Source: a bacterium
GTDB taxonomy: Bacteria > UBA10199 > 2-02-FULL-44-16 > JAAZCA01
Length of the DNA: 64,000 nucleotides
Assembly (NCBI GenBank): GCA_963674695.2
Contig: CAXXGI010000003.1
Coordinates: forward strand, 96,001 to 160,000
Direction: 5' to 3'
This document shows positions 1-9,983 of this stretch, in pieces; position 1 is the stretch's first letter, and each line of letters starts with the position of its first letter. Below the pieces are notes generated by a model. It made no database searches and was not told the origin of the DNA. It was given only the letters and a program-made list of their open reading frames with translations. The translations under genes were made by a program, and so were the position numbers.

Positions 1-807
1 GTGGGCACGTCGGATTCTGGACAGAACCTCAATACCAATCTTTTCGGCGGAACGCCGACCAGTGGATTGCTCATCGGCAGCCTTGTGCGCGGTGCAAATA
101 TCGATGTGCAGATCTTGGCAGCGGAGCAGCGCGGCGATGTCTATGTGATCTCAGATCCGTCGATCGTCACGTCCAACGGACAGGCGGCCAACATTCGTAG
201 CGGTGCGACCCTGTTGATCCAAGGGTCGGGGGATGTCAATATTGGGAGTGGCGGAACGACCGGCGGAACAACCAGTGGAAGCACGGGGACGTCGACAGGG
301 GGCATCGTCGAAAAGGAGACGGGCGTCGAACTGACGGTGACGCCGCAGATCACGGTCGACGATTTCATCAAGCTCCAGATCAAGACGACGACCTCGACGC
401 CTGATTTTTCCCGCGCGGTTCAGGGAATACCGATCATCGTCGATAACGTGGCGACCACGACGGTTCTCGTCAAGGACGGCGAGACGACCGTCATCGGGGG
501 GCTCTCACGATTCACTGACAACTTGGGCAAGCAGCGGGTGCCGTTTTTTTCGCGCATTCCCGTCCTCGGAAATCTCTTCCGATCGCGTTCGCGAAACAAA
601 GAGAACACGGAAATGATGGTCTTCATCAAGCCGACCGTCATTCGCGTTGAAGGGATTTCGCCCGCGCAGACGCGCGTGCGTGATATGGAACAGCGTCGCG
701 AAAATATGACGCTGACACCGCTCGAGGATGCTGAAAAGATTAACGAAGAACGGCGCGAGAAGACGAAGCGAACAGAGGACGTTCGGGGCAATAAATACGT
801 TCGATGA
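1..807 (+). CDS. Secretin C-terminal part (type IV pilus PilQ / T2SS GspD family), 5'-truncated by window edge
   Basis: Secretin motifs: ISDPSIVTSNGQAANIRSG, GVELTVTPQI, TTVLVKDGETTVIGGL, VPFFSRIPVLGNLF, EMMVFIKPTVI. PilQ versus GspD cannot be decided from this fragment. Confidence 0.9.
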   Translation: MGTSDSGQNLNTNLFGGTPTSGLLIGSLVRGANIDVQILAAEQRGDVYVISDPSIVTSNGQAANIRSGATLLIQGSGDVNIGSGGTTGGTTSGSTGTSTGGIVEKETGVELTVTPQITVDDFIKLQIKTTTSTPDFSRAVQGIPIIVDNVATTTVLVKDGETTVIGGLSRFTDNLGKQRVPFFSRIPVLGNLFRSRSRNKENTEMMVFIKPTVIRVEGISPAQTRVRDMEQRRENMTLTPLEDAEKINEERREKTKRTEDVRGNKYVR

Positions 808-912
808 TTGGTGTGAAATGAATCGGATGGCAGCCGTTGCACAGAGTCTTTTCATATGTGCAGCGGCTGCTTTTGTTTGCCTTGGCGCTCAAAGTATGAC
901 AATCATCTCCCT

Positions 913-1227
913 ATGTCCGTCAAACTTCGTATGCTTCAGGAACGTCCCCCGAATTGGCTGCCGCCGCCTGGTAGCGATCGCCTCAGTCGTGCACAGGTCG
1001 AAGTGGACGATCTCTTCTCCAAGGGCTGTATCACGCGTTTTTATCCAAAGCTCGGGTTGGGCTGGGTGGAGCGCGATGGTGATGGCGAAGTTTCCGTTTC
1101 CCTTGCGGATGCCAGGCTCGTCGGTCCAAAGGGGTCGGAGCGCTATCTTGTGGCGGGCGCACGAGTTGGGTTTGACCTCTCCTGGACCTCCTCCGGTCCT
1201 CGCATCACCTGCCTCAAGGTCTATTGA
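913..1227 (+). CDS. Small cold-shock/OB-fold-like domain protein (divergent)
   Basis: KGCITRFYPKLGLGWV...VGFDL resembles the CSD pattern G.VKWF....GFGFI...V.F; start at ATG 913 assumed. Confidence 0.55.
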   Translation: MSVKLRMLQERPPNWLPPPGSDRLSRAQVEVDDLFSKGCITRFYPKLGLGWVERDGDGEVSVSLADARLVGPKGSERYLVAGARVGFDLSWTSSGPRITCLKVY

Positions 1228-1273
1228 TTGAACTCCCTGAAAGAGGCCGTCTCGGGCGTTTTCCAGAAAAGGC

Positions 1274-1301
1274 GCAACTTTTCGTCCGATTCTGCCGATA
1301 T
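1274..1301 (+). promoter_or_regulatory. Putative alternative-sigma (sigma28-like) promoter
   Basis: GCAACTTTT-N11-GCCGATAT, 17 nt before ATG 1319; motif recurs before other orphan genes. Confidence 0.6.
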
Positions 1302-1318
1302 GGGGGCGGGAGCGATCA

Positions 1319-2695
1319 ATGACCGATATTCTGCACATGGATCTCTGTGGGCGGTCTTCACGGGGAGTGCTGTGCCGAGATGAGGCGTTTTCTGTGAAGC
1401 CATTCGGGCGGTCGCATCGCATCCGATCCTTCGGGATCATTATCGACGAAGCAGCAAGCCCCGAGCAGATCCGATTGATTCGACAGACACTCAAAGTATT
1501 TCCCGATCCGTTTCTTGAGGCCTTTGTTTCCGGTCGCTCGTTTCACGTGGTTTCGCGCGAGGAGTTCGACCGCTTGCCGCACACGATGGAGGCTTCTTTC
1601 TCTGCCAAAATGGGGATCAAGATTTCCGGAATGACCTGGTATCTGCGTGAAGATACCCTGTCCGCGTCATCTGCGCATTCGTTTTCATCGCGTCTCTGGT
1701 ATGCGATGAGTGCCCTGGTTGCGAATGAGCTGGAGGGTGAGCCAGAGTTTGATCGTCTTCGCTTTCAGGCAAACTTCGTTCGATACCTGCGCGGGCGTTT
1801 GGGAAATGCCCTCGCTCTTCCTTGGATCCCGCTCGATTTTTTTCTCAAGGGAGTTGATCCGCTCTATCAGATATTTTTCGATCTCTTGGCGGAGGCTCCG
1901 GATTTTTCCCATGGGCGACTTCGGGAACTCTTTCGAGAGGCCTTGGTTCGCTCCCGATCGCCGCACAAGCTGGCGCCTTCGCGTCGTCGTATGGCTGCCG
2001 AGGCGCTGACGCCCTGGTCGGCCCAACAGGCCTATGCACAGCTCGTGGCGGGCGAATACTCCTGGCACACCGGGGGGGGGAATGTGCTGCAGTTTTCACT
2101 GCAAAACGCCAAGGATCGTACGCGCCCTGAGAGCAGTCATCGTTTCAGCATGCACTATTACAACGACCCCCTCAACGAACTGCTAGGACAGGGGTTGGGA
2201 CGGCTGTTCCCCGGAACGGCGGTGGATGTCGTCTGGTCGCCCGGTTTGGTCGGTTCGTATGATACGGCAACTCCCAACGGCGTCGAACGCGAGACGGTGT
2301 TGCTCGGATCGCTCTTCGACCTGAATCTGAAATATGACGGATGGACGATGGGCCTGCATTCCTATCTTGGCCTTCCTGTTTCATTGCGCGAACGCGAGGA
2401 CGATCGCTGGGCGCCGCAGGATTTGTGCAGCAAGGCCTATGCGGGTCGATCGGTTGACGAGAATCCCTGTGATCGCGAGGGCCCCATTACCCTGCCGAAC
2501 GGAAGTGTGATCTGGAATCATCCGAAGGGGATGTGCGATCAGGGGTGGTCGGTTACGCCGCAATGGGAGGTGGGGTTTAAACTCACTGACCCCGAGAAGA
2601 GATTTTTTCTCGGGACGATGCTGATGGTGCCCTTTCCTCGAACGGAGGGGCGGTATTTTGGATTGATCCTGCGGTGGCAGCCCGACGCTCTATGA
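1319..2695 (+). CDS. Hypothetical protein (458 aa); C-terminal half beta-strand-rich
   Basis: Long ORF filling the gap, convergent with gltX; no recognisable family. Confidence 0.7.
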   Translation: MTDILHMDLCGRSSRGVLCRDEAFSVKPFGRSHRIRSFGIIIDEAASPEQIRLIRQTLKVFPDPFLEAFVSGRSFHVVSREEFDRLPHTMEASFSAKMGIKISGMTWYLREDTLSASSAHSFSSRLWYAMSALVANELEGEPEFDRLRFQANFVRYLRGRLGNALALPWIPLDFFLKGVDPLYQIFFDLLAEAPDFSHGRLRELFREALVRSRSPHKLAPSRRRMAAEALTPWSAQQAYAQLVAGEYSWHTGGGNVLQFSLQNAKDRTRPESSHRFSMHYYNDPLNELLGQGLGRLFPGTAVDVVWSPGLVGSYDTATPNGVERETVLLGSLFDLNLKYDGWTMGLHSYLGLPVSLREREDDRWAPQDLCSKAYAGRSVDENPCDREGPITLPNGSVIWNHPKGMCDQGWSVTPQWEVGFKLTDPEKRFFLGTMLMVPFPRTEGRYFGLILRWQPDAL

Positions 2696-4084
2696 AGAGA
2701 AACGCAGCGCTGCATCGATGCGTGCGAGGGAGCGTTCCTTCCCCAGGATGGCGAGTACCTCGTAGATTCCGGGGCTCACCGTCGTGCCGGTCATAGCCAC
2801 GCGCACCGGCTGTGCGAGTTTTAGCATCTTACAGTCGCGCTCCTGCATCATCGTTTCGAAGAGCTCTTTGAGGGGCTCCTCTTCAAACGAGGTCAGTTGG
2901 CTCAGGCGCTGACGCAGCTCGGCCAGCATTTCGCGATGGCTCTCCTTGAGCCACTTCTTTGCGGCATTGGGGTCGATTTCGATCTGTTCCCGAAAATAGA
3001 AGGCGGAGATGTCAGCGAGCTCCTTGAGGGTTCGTCCCCGTTCGCGTTCGGAGGCGATGGCGCGTGCGGCATAGGCGGTGTCGTTTGCGTCGAGGTCGAT
3101 CTCATTCAGAAATGGTTTTACCAATCCCACGAGATCCTCGTCGGAGATTTTCGCGAGGTGCTGGCTGTTGACCCAGCTCAGCTTTTCCACGTCGAAGATC
3201 GAGGGGGCGCTCCCCACCGAGGCGAGGTCGAATTTCTTGGTGAGTTCCTCGCGCGTGAAGATCTCCTGATCGCCACAGGACCACCCGAGCCGAGACAGGT
3301 AGTTCACCATCGCTTCCGACAGAAATCCCATCTTCTGGTATTCGGTCACCGAGACGGCGCCATGGCGTTTGGAGAGTTTTTTCTTGTCCGGTCCATGGAT
3401 CATCGGGAGGTGAGCGAATTCGGGGACCGGAAAGTCCAGCGCTTGGTAGAGCAAAACCTGCCGTGGTGTATTGTTGATGTGATCGTCGCCGCGGATGACG
3501 TGCGTGATCTCCATGGTGACGTCGTCGACGACGACGGTCAGGTTGTACGTTGGGGTTCCATCCGAGCGCGCGATGATCAGGTCGTCGAGTTCGGCGTTTT
3601 CAAACGTGATCGTGCCGCGGCAGATGTCGTGAAACGTGGTCGACCCTTCCGTCGGACAGCGAAACCGAATGGCGGTGGGCCGATCCGGATGAACAGGGCC
3701 ATTGCGGCAGGTGCCGTCGTACTTGGGTTTCCGGCCCTCGGCCATCGCCTGTGCGCGCTTGGCCTCCAGTTCTTCCGGCGTGCAGCTGCAGCGATAGGCT
3801 CGGCCCTCGTCGAGGAGTTTTTGGACATATTCCTTATAGAGCCCGGTTCGCTCGGATTGGTAGGTGAGCTCTCCATCCCAGTCCATGCCCAGCCAGCGCA
3901 TGCCTTCGAGGATCGACTGCTCGAACGCCTTGGTCGAACGCTCCTGATCGGTGTCCTCGATGCGCAGCAAAAAGGTGCCGCCGGCATTTCGGGCGAAGAG
4001 CCAGTTGAAGAGCGCTGTGCGGGCGCCACCGATATGGAGGTTTCCCGTCGGAGAGGGGGCAAAACGGACGCGTGGAGTTTTCAT
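2690..4084 (-). CDS. gltX: Glutamate--tRNA ligase
   Basis: RFAPSPTGNLHIGG (HIGH), LRIEDTD, HVIRGDDH, KKLSKR (KMSKS); start at MKTPRVRF. Confidence 0.97.
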   Translation of the reverse strand: MKTPRVRFAPSPTGNLHIGGARTALFNWLFARNAGGTFLLRIEDTDQERSTKAFEQSILEGMRWLGMDWDGELTYQSERTGLYKEYVQKLLDEGRAYRCSCTPEELEAKRAQAMAEGRKPKYDGTCRNGPVHPDRPTAIRFRCPTEGSTTFHDICRGTITFENAELDDLIIARSDGTPTYNLTVVVDDVTMEITHVIRGDDHINNTPRQVLLYQALDFPVPEFAHLPMIHGPDKKKLSKRHGAVSVTEYQKMGFLSEAMVNYLSRLGWSCGDQEIFTREELTKKFDLASVGSAPSIFDVEKLSWVNSQHLAKISDEDLVGLVKPFLNEIDLDANDTAYAARAIASERERGRTLKELADISAFYFREQIEIDPNAAKKWLKESHREMLAELRQRLSQLTSFEEEPLKELFETMMQERDCKMLKLAQPVRVAMTGTTVSPGIYEVLAILGKERSLARIDAALRFSS

Positions 4085-4094
4085 AGCGGCATAC

Positions 4095-5789
4095 CTATGG
4101 AAACGCTGGCTGCGGGTCAAGGGGAACTTCCGGCTCTTCGGGTTTTGGGCTGGTCTGTTCCGCGATGGTCGCCAGGACGGTTTCCGCGTGTTTTCGATCG
4201 GCCTCATATCTCAGGGCGCGTTTGAGATGGGCCCTGCCTTCATCGATGCGACCGATATCGGCGAGCGAGGTTCCCAGGAGGAGGTCGATATGTTCTTGGT
4301 CCGGATTCAGATCGAGGCTCGCTTGCAGCGCGGGGATGGCGCGATCGATGATCCCGGCCAGGTACCATGACTTTCCGAGGAAATACCAGAGTTTGCTGTC
4401 TTCGGGACTCAGCTCGACGGCCCGAGAGAAACTCTCGGCGGCCGCGATGGGTTTTTTGTCGCGGTAGAGGATCTCGCCGCGAATGATGTGGTTGAGCAAC
4501 ATGTTGGGATCGCGCTCGATCGCCTTGTCGATCCAGTGGATCGCTTCGTCATAACGATCGGCTTCGAGAAGGGCGTTGGCGTAGAGCGACGCCGTTGGCA
4601 TGATCGGGGCCAGCGGTGCTGCATACGACCAGAGTTCGAGGTTCGATCTCCAGTGGCGTGCCTGTCGGTGGGTGGCGATGGACAGCGCTGTCGCGATGGC
4701 GAGAGCGACGATGAGGATGCACGCGATCGCGCGCCGATCCTGGATCCGTCGCAGCGGAGCCAGGAGTGCGAGCAGGATTCCGACGAGGGGGAGGTAGAGA
4801 TAACGGTCGGCAAACCAGATCACCATCGGCACGAGGTTGGCGACCGGAAGCCAGAGGATGAAGAACCAGGCGATGCCAAACGAGACGAGCTTTTGGCGAC
4901 GGATTGCGCTGATTCCCACAACGAGCAGGGCGGCGGTGATCGCTACGTACGCGGCCGTCGGCCAGAGGGGGAAGGTGATGCGATAGAGCGGGGAGAGATC
5001 GACCGGCCAGATGAGCGTGGCGATATAGCGTCCCGGGAGCGAGGTGACGCGCCAGAGCTGGACGAGCGCCCCCTCGTTCCATTCGGCGATCGTCTTTTGC
5101 AGCGATTGCGCAAAGAGGTTGAAGGCGGTCATCGCTGCGGCCAGCAGTGCCAGCGGCAGGGCGTTGAAAAAGGATTGGCGCCATGTTCGACGGCGGACGA
5201 TCAGGTCGAAGGCGAAGATGATCGCGGGGATCACGACCGCCACGGCCTTGGCGCACATGGCCAGGAAACCCAGGAGCAGCAGGGCCCAGCGCGGTCCACC
5301 GCGCACCAGGACGCGCATGGCTCCCAAGAGGAGCGCGGCGGAGAGGAGCGCTTTGTGCTCGGAGATCCAGGCGACGGTCTCGACCTGAACGGGATGGACG
5401 AGAAAGAGGATCGCCCCGATGGCGGCCAACCACCGACGGCGAAGCAGTGCTGCGAGGATTCCGAAGACGAGGGTCGCGTTGAGCACGTGGAGCGCCAGGT
5501 TCACGATGCGATAGCCGGGCGCCCAGAGTCCCCAGAGCTTGTGCCAGAGCGCGAGTAAAAAGGTGTTGAGCGGAAGGTAGTCGCTGAAGTGGATGGAGGT
5601 GAGCGTTCGGCCCAACGTCTGCATCGACAGCTGTTGGACAATCGTCGACTGCGTGATGTACTGGTTGTCATCCCAGTTCAGAAAGTCGCTCGAGAGCGTC
5701 TGTCCATAGAGCAGCAGGGCGATCGCAACCAGTCCCAAGGGAAAGAGCATCCACAGAAGACGAACGGTTTTTGAATTCACATTTTTCAT
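4095..5789 (-). CDS. TMTC-like GT-C membrane glycosyltransferase with C-terminal TPRs
   Basis: FLNWDDNQYI acidic loop, LFLVHPVQVETVAWIS, ADRYLYLP, many TM helices, TPR repeats at C-terminus. Confidence 0.8.
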   Translation of the reverse strand: MKNVNSKTVRLLWMLFPLGLVAIALLLYGQTLSSDFLNWDDNQYITQSTIVQQLSMQTLGRTLTSIHFSDYLPLNTFLLALWHKLWGLWAPGYRIVNLALHVLNATLVFGILAALLRRRWLAAIGAILFLVHPVQVETVAWISEHKALLSAALLLGAMRVLVRGGPRWALLLLGFLAMCAKAVAVVIPAIIFAFDLIVRRRTWRQSFFNALPLALLAAAMTAFNLFAQSLQKTIAEWNEGALVQLWRVTSLPGRYIATLIWPVDLSPLYRITFPLWPTAAYVAITAALLVVGISAIRRQKLVSFGIAWFFILWLPVANLVPMVIWFADRYLYLPLVGILLALLAPLRRIQDRRAIACILIVALAIATALSIATHRQARHWRSNLELWSYAAPLAPIMPTASLYANALLEADRYDEAIHWIDKAIERDPNMLLNHIIRGEILYRDKKPIAAAESFSRAVELSPEDSKLWYFLGKSWYLAGIIDRAIPALQASLDLNPDQEHIDLLLGTSLADIGRIDEGRAHLKRALRYEADRKHAETVLATIAEQTSPKPEEPEVPLDPQPAFP

Positions 5790-5794
5790 ATGGA

Positions 5795-5865
5795 TGTCAT
5801 TCCCGCGAAGGCGGGAATCTCGATTATTTAAGAACGTCGAGATTCCCGCCTTCACGGGAATGACA
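5795..5865. repeat. REP-like palindromic doublet (TGTCATTCCCGCGAAGGCGGGAATCTCG...CGAGATTCCCGCCTTCACGGGAATGACA)
   Basis: Inverted pair of hairpins; family recurs at more than ten loci in the window. Confidence 0.9.
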
Positions 5866-5885
5866 GCGATAGCCGCAGATCCTTC

Positions 5886-6872
5886 TTAAATCGTCAGCGC
5901 AGCGGACAGGCCCAACTTTCCCTTTACCGGCGTTGGGAGCTTGTCCATCGGGATGCGGAACTCATAGACGCGGTGTTCGAAATTGGCCGCTCCCGTATAG
6001 GTCGCGCCACGCCGGCCATATTCATCCGGGGCATCTCCCGCCCGGAAGGAGGCCAGTCCCCCTTCACCGCGTACGTAGAGGATGGTCTCATCATCCGCAT
6101 CCGAGACGGTGTTATCCGCAGCCACGTCGATGGCGACCGAGAGGTACTGCCCATCGTCCATCACCCAGGCTAAAATCGGCAACGGTTTCTTGCTGATCGC
6201 CGTCTTGATCTCCGTCTTCAGACTTGGTTTGCCCAACTGCTCCTCGGGGGTGATCTGCCCGTCGAGCAGGAGCGTTCCTTTACGGGAGCCGAGCTTGTAG
6301 TCATAGAATTTCTTCGCCTGGATGACCCGCGGTTGTGCGGTACCGTTTTCCGGAAGCGAAACGGCGCGGGATTCCTGTTTTGTTGCGGCAACGAGTTGGA
6401 GCCGCGCTCCCTGTGCCTCGGAGGCGGGGACGTATTCGATCCAGTACTCTTTGGCGCCGACGATGTCGTCATCGCGACTGGTGAGTTTCTTCGTCACGTC
6501 ACGACCGTCGGCTGTGGCGCGCACCGGTGTGAGCGTCTGCCCGCCGACATCGAGCGTGGCTTGGTCGATGTGCACGGGCCTGCCCGACGAGCTCGAGATG
6601 TGCACCTTGACGGTTCGCTTGGGTTCGAGCGTGAGATCCTGGCCGACCACCTGCGTATACTCCGCCATCGGCGCCTGTTCGTTGATCGGCAGGAACTGGA
6701 GTTTGCTGGTCTCTTTGGGGGCGACCTGGAGGCTCACGCCCACGCCGGTTAAGTTGGTCATCATCGGATCGGGGTTCGGCTGCTGTCCCGGAATGGGTGC
6801 CGGCTGTGCCGCGGCGCTTGCAGCGATGAGGGCAAGGCCCATTATAATGATAAGAAGGTGTGTCGAGCGCAT
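5886..6872 (-). CDS. Secreted hypothetical protein (Sec signal; C-terminal beta-sandwich, possibly DOMON/CBM9-like)
   Basis: N-terminal MRSTHLLIIIMGLALIAASAAA; AAGGAG RBS; C-terminal HRVYEFRIPMDKL. Confidence 0.7.
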   Translation of the reverse strand: MRSTHLLIIIMGLALIAASAAAQPAPIPGQQPNPDPMMTNLTGVGVSLQVAPKETSKLQFLPINEQAPMAEYTQVVGQDLTLEPKRTVKVHISSSSGRPVHIDQATLDVGGQTLTPVRATADGRDVTKKLTSRDDDIVGAKEYWIEYVPASEAQGARLQLVAATKQESRAVSLPENGTAQPRVIQAKKFYDYKLGSRKGTLLLDGQITPEEQLGKPSLKTEIKTAISKKPLPILAWVMDDGQYLSVAIDVAADNTVSDADDETILYVRGEGGLASFRAGDAPDEYGRRGATYTGAANFEHRVYEFRIPMDKLPTPVKGKLGLSAALTI

Positions 6873-6928
6873 GAGAGACTCCTTGGGGTTGTGATGATCC
6901 CCAATCTCTCATGTGTGTCGGGTTTTGT

Positions 6929-9898
6929 CTACCGTCTGGTGGGGCGGGCTTCTTTCTGTTTCTCTTCCCGCTGCATCCGCCGGCGTTGGATCTCCTGCTT
7001 TCGCTCGGCGCGGTTTACGGCCTTGCTCGTGTCGATCAGTTGGGCGATGTCATTCGAGACGCGGATTTTCGTCGGCCTTCGCAAGGCCCTGGATTCGCGC
7101 CGCGGAAGACGAATCTCTTTGTGGCGCGCCGATTCCGGGGCGGCCTCGGCCAGTGCTTCGATCGCTCCATTTATCAGCTTTCGATAGGGTTTCCCCGACG
7201 GTTGCTTGATGATCTGGAGCAGCGTTCGGCTGAGCAGGGGGTTCCAGCGTTTGCCGACGGCCTTGTGGTCGTCTTTGTTGGCCAGCCAGAGCAGCTGGTG
7301 GATCATTCCCTCCGAGGAGATCATCGTGCGCGGTTTGACCACGCTGGTCGGGATGCGTTCCCGCCGCGGGTTGGCGCGACCGCGCTGGCCGGGGCTCTCT
7401 TTGGTCGCCCTTTGCGGTGTGGTCGGTCCGAGGATCGGTTTGGTCGCTTCGGAAAAATTCAGGTAGATCAGATGCTGTTTGCGTCCGACCTGGTCGCTGA
7501 CGCCGATGCGCGTCGGATCGACGATGGCGTTGGCGATGGCCGTGATCGAGCGGTTGGTCTTGCGTGCTGATCGCATGCCCCTGTTTGTCGTCCCGTCGGA
7601 CAGAAAGCGGAAAAAATGCGATCGCCCCTTGCTGGTGAGGCGATCGATGAAGGCGATGAACTCCTCCGGATGCGCTTCGATGCGTTTGGCGAGCTGCTCT
7701 CGCTTCTCCGACAACAGGCGATAGAGCGGATGGGTGCGCGTGAGCTCGCTGCGCACGTACTCGGCGATCGCTTTTTTGCGCTTTGAATGCGACATCTCCT
7801 CAAACTGATCGAGTATCTTCGTTTGGAGGAAGAGTTCAACGGCGGTATCCGCGTGTTTTTCGGCCCCATGGGAAGCGCTGACGAAGCGATCGGACTGGGT
7901 CATGTACACGTCGATTCCTTCGATTCTATCGGTGAAGACGCTGGGATCGGCGCCCGGATTGTCCAGAAGGGCAAAAGCCCCTTTCATCCGATTCTGTTGG
8001 AGCTTGGCCGTTATGCTCTTGTGCAAGAGCTGCAGGATGAAGGCGCTGCGCTGTGCGTCCGTCTCCAAACGATCGAAGTGCTCTTTCTGCTCGGGGATGC
8101 GAAAGAGAATGCGATGTCTTCCGTTTCCACGCACGAATCGGAAATCCGGATCCCATCTGTGGATATAGCCTCCGTCATGCTTTGACTTGATCTTCATGAA
8201 TGCATCGTTGGTCATCGTCTCCCATCGCGGTCGTGGCGCGAATTTGCTCTTGTTGGTGTTGCGGCTTCCTTCGGATGCTTGTTCGCCGTCACGACTTCCT
8301 CCCGAAGGGAAGGCCGCGGTTTTCGAGGGTGCGTCTGCCATCTCCCCCGATGCTGTCGCATGCGATGGAGATTCGCTATAGGGTGAGGCGGAGTAGGCCT
8401 GTTCGGGGACGTCGTCGTCGGAATAGGTGTTGATTCCCTTGGGGAAGATGAGCGAGGAGTTGGTGCTCACGTTCACGGCGCTGCCGATCTGCGCGATGCT
8501 CTTTCCCTCGACCTGCGTCGGCATGGCGATGAGCAGGTCGTCGTCGGAGACGACGAGATCCACGCGGTCGCGACCGGCAAGTCGTTCCGAACGATCGTAT
8601 CCCTTGAGGATGGCATAGGGCAGGGCATGCGGGTCGTAGATCGGCGCGCGCACTTCATTCGTGACCTTCCCGCTCATCAGGTCCCAGACTTCATTCGTCT
8701 GCCGGTCGTAGAGGACCGGCTGCACATGGCCACTGCGCTTGATGTTTGCGGCGAAGACCTGGACGCCGAACGTCTGCCCCTCCGGGAGTTCGATCCCGCA
8801 GGCGGAGAGCGTGGCGAGAACGAGTTTGAGTCGCGCCTCGCAGTTTCCGCCCAGATAGAGGAGATAGTCGGTCAGGCGCGCGTCGTCCCGTTCATAGAGC
8901 ATGAGATAGTCGGTATAGAGCAGGTCCATGACCCGCCGGATCGCGGCGTGGCCCGCAAGGCCCTCCTTCGCGAGGATTGCGCGATAGCCTTCGATCAGCT
9001 CCGACCAGCGCGTCTGGAGTATTTCGTAGAGGCCGTCGATGGTCTCTTCGTTTCCATCAAGGCGTGCGCGCATCTCCTGATCGATCGAGAGATCGCCGAT
9101 GGTCGGCATGGCATCGCTGCCGTCGCGCTTCCATGCCCCGAGCTGTTGCTGGGTTTTCGCAATGATCGCTTCACGTGTGGGTGGCTCTTGGGCGGCCTGG
9201 GCGCGCAGGTGTGTGAGATCGCTGCTGTCGATCCGGGTGGATTCCTGCTGGCGTGCGCCGATGGGCCCGTCGAAGACGTCGGCGGCATCCCCGGTGTCCT
9301 TTCCGGCGAGTGTCGCTTCCTGTTGATGATTCAGGGCAGAGGGGGAGGAGTCGGTGTTGGTTTGATCAGGACGGGAGCTTGGAGTGGTTTTTCCCCTGTG
9401 GGGAGCATGGGGCTGTGGCTTTGTCTCCATCCATGCGATCGGGGCCGCGTGTAGGGCCATCGAACCGCCGAAACCGATGGCCATGCCAGCCCCCATTCCG
9501 AACAGGAGTGGAAGGCCGATTCCGGCCAGGCTCGTTCCCGCGGTGGTGGCGATGGTACTGCAGACTCGCTTTCCGGTCATGCCTGCCGATTCATTTCGCC
9601 CGAGATACTGGCGCCAGGCGCGGTTGGCAAAACGCGCTTCCCGGTCGGCGTGCGCCAGCGCCTGTTGCGCCAGATCGTTCTTTCCTGAATCGATAGAGGC
9701 CCGTGCGCGTTTCCAGAGTGATTGCGCCTGCGCCAGATGGTCTTCAAACAGATCGAGCGAATCGCCCGCCGATGAAAAGAAGTCGACCGAGGCGCGCACG
9801 ACCGAGAAGGTTTCGTCGCGAAAGTGTTCCCGCTCGAAGTCGAGCTGCTCCAGGCGCTGTTTGAGGAGTAGCGCATGTTTGGCGATGGAGGTCTTCAT
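6929..9898 (-). CDS. Large hypothetical protein (989 aa) with central transglutaminase/papain-like domain
   Basis: GGNCEARLKL...GHVQPVLYD...VWDL candidate Cys-His-Asp triad; Gly-rich hydrophobic segment near N-terminus. Confidence 0.75.
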   Translation of the reverse strand: MKTSIAKHALLLKQRLEQLDFEREHFRDETFSVVRASVDFFSSAGDSLDLFEDHLAQAQSLWKRARASIDSGKNDLAQQALAHADREARFANRAWRQYLGRNESAGMTGKRVCSTIATTAGTSLAGIGLPLLFGMGAGMAIGFGGSMALHAAPIAWMETKPQPHAPHRGKTTPSSRPDQTNTDSSPSALNHQQEATLAGKDTGDAADVFDGPIGARQQESTRIDSSDLTHLRAQAAQEPPTREAIIAKTQQQLGAWKRDGSDAMPTIGDLSIDQEMRARLDGNEETIDGLYEILQTRWSELIEGYRAILAKEGLAGHAAIRRVMDLLYTDYLMLYERDDARLTDYLLYLGGNCEARLKLVLATLSACGIELPEGQTFGVQVFAANIKRSGHVQPVLYDRQTNEVWDLMSGKVTNEVRAPIYDPHALPYAILKGYDRSERLAGRDRVDLVVSDDDLLIAMPTQVEGKSIAQIGSAVNVSTNSSLIFPKGINTYSDDDVPEQAYSASPYSESPSHATASGEMADAPSKTAAFPSGGSRDGEQASEGSRNTNKSKFAPRPRWETMTNDAFMKIKSKHDGGYIHRWDPDFRFVRGNGRHRILFRIPEQKEHFDRLETDAQRSAFILQLLHKSITAKLQQNRMKGAFALLDNPGADPSVFTDRIEGIDVYMTQSDRFVSASHGAEKHADTAVELFLQTKILDQFEEMSHSKRKKAIAEYVRSELTRTHPLYRLLSEKREQLAKRIEAHPEEFIAFIDRLTSKGRSHFFRFLSDGTTNRGMRSARKTNRSITAIANAIVDPTRIGVSDQVGRKQHLIYLNFSEATKPILGPTTPQRATKESPGQRGRANPRRERIPTSVVKPRTMISSEGMIHQLLWLANKDDHKAVGKRWNPLLSRTLLQIIKQPSGKPYRKLINGAIEALAEAAPESARHKEIRLPRRESRALRRPTKIRVSNDIAQLIDTSKAVNRAERKQEIQRRRMQREEKQKEARPTRR

Positions 9899-9907
9899 GT
9901 CATTGTA

Positions 9908-9934
9908 GTGTCGTCGGTTTTCGAGAAAAGTTGT
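9908..9934 (-). promoter_or_regulatory. Weaker copy of the sigma28-like promoter motif
   Basis: Minus strand ACAACTTTT-N10-GACGACAC, just upstream of ATG 9898. Confidence 0.4.
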
Positions 9935-9983
9935 GTCGAAAAAAAGCGAAGGGGAAAAAAGATAGAATTGTCGGGGGCGTGGT

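Noticed and set aside
2897-4225. Long antisense or alternate-frame ORFs (e.g. 2897-4225, 14332-16098, 18049-19575, 28582-30114, 37955-39577, 41171-43042)
   Set aside because: Shadow ORFs of high-GC genes with clearer coding signal on the other strand or frame
5790-5855. N-terminal extensions in the ORF track for the TPR protein, glyA, dacB, oppB and nagZ
   Set aside because: Extensions are translations of REP/MITE DNA; downstream ATGs fit RBS or family starts better
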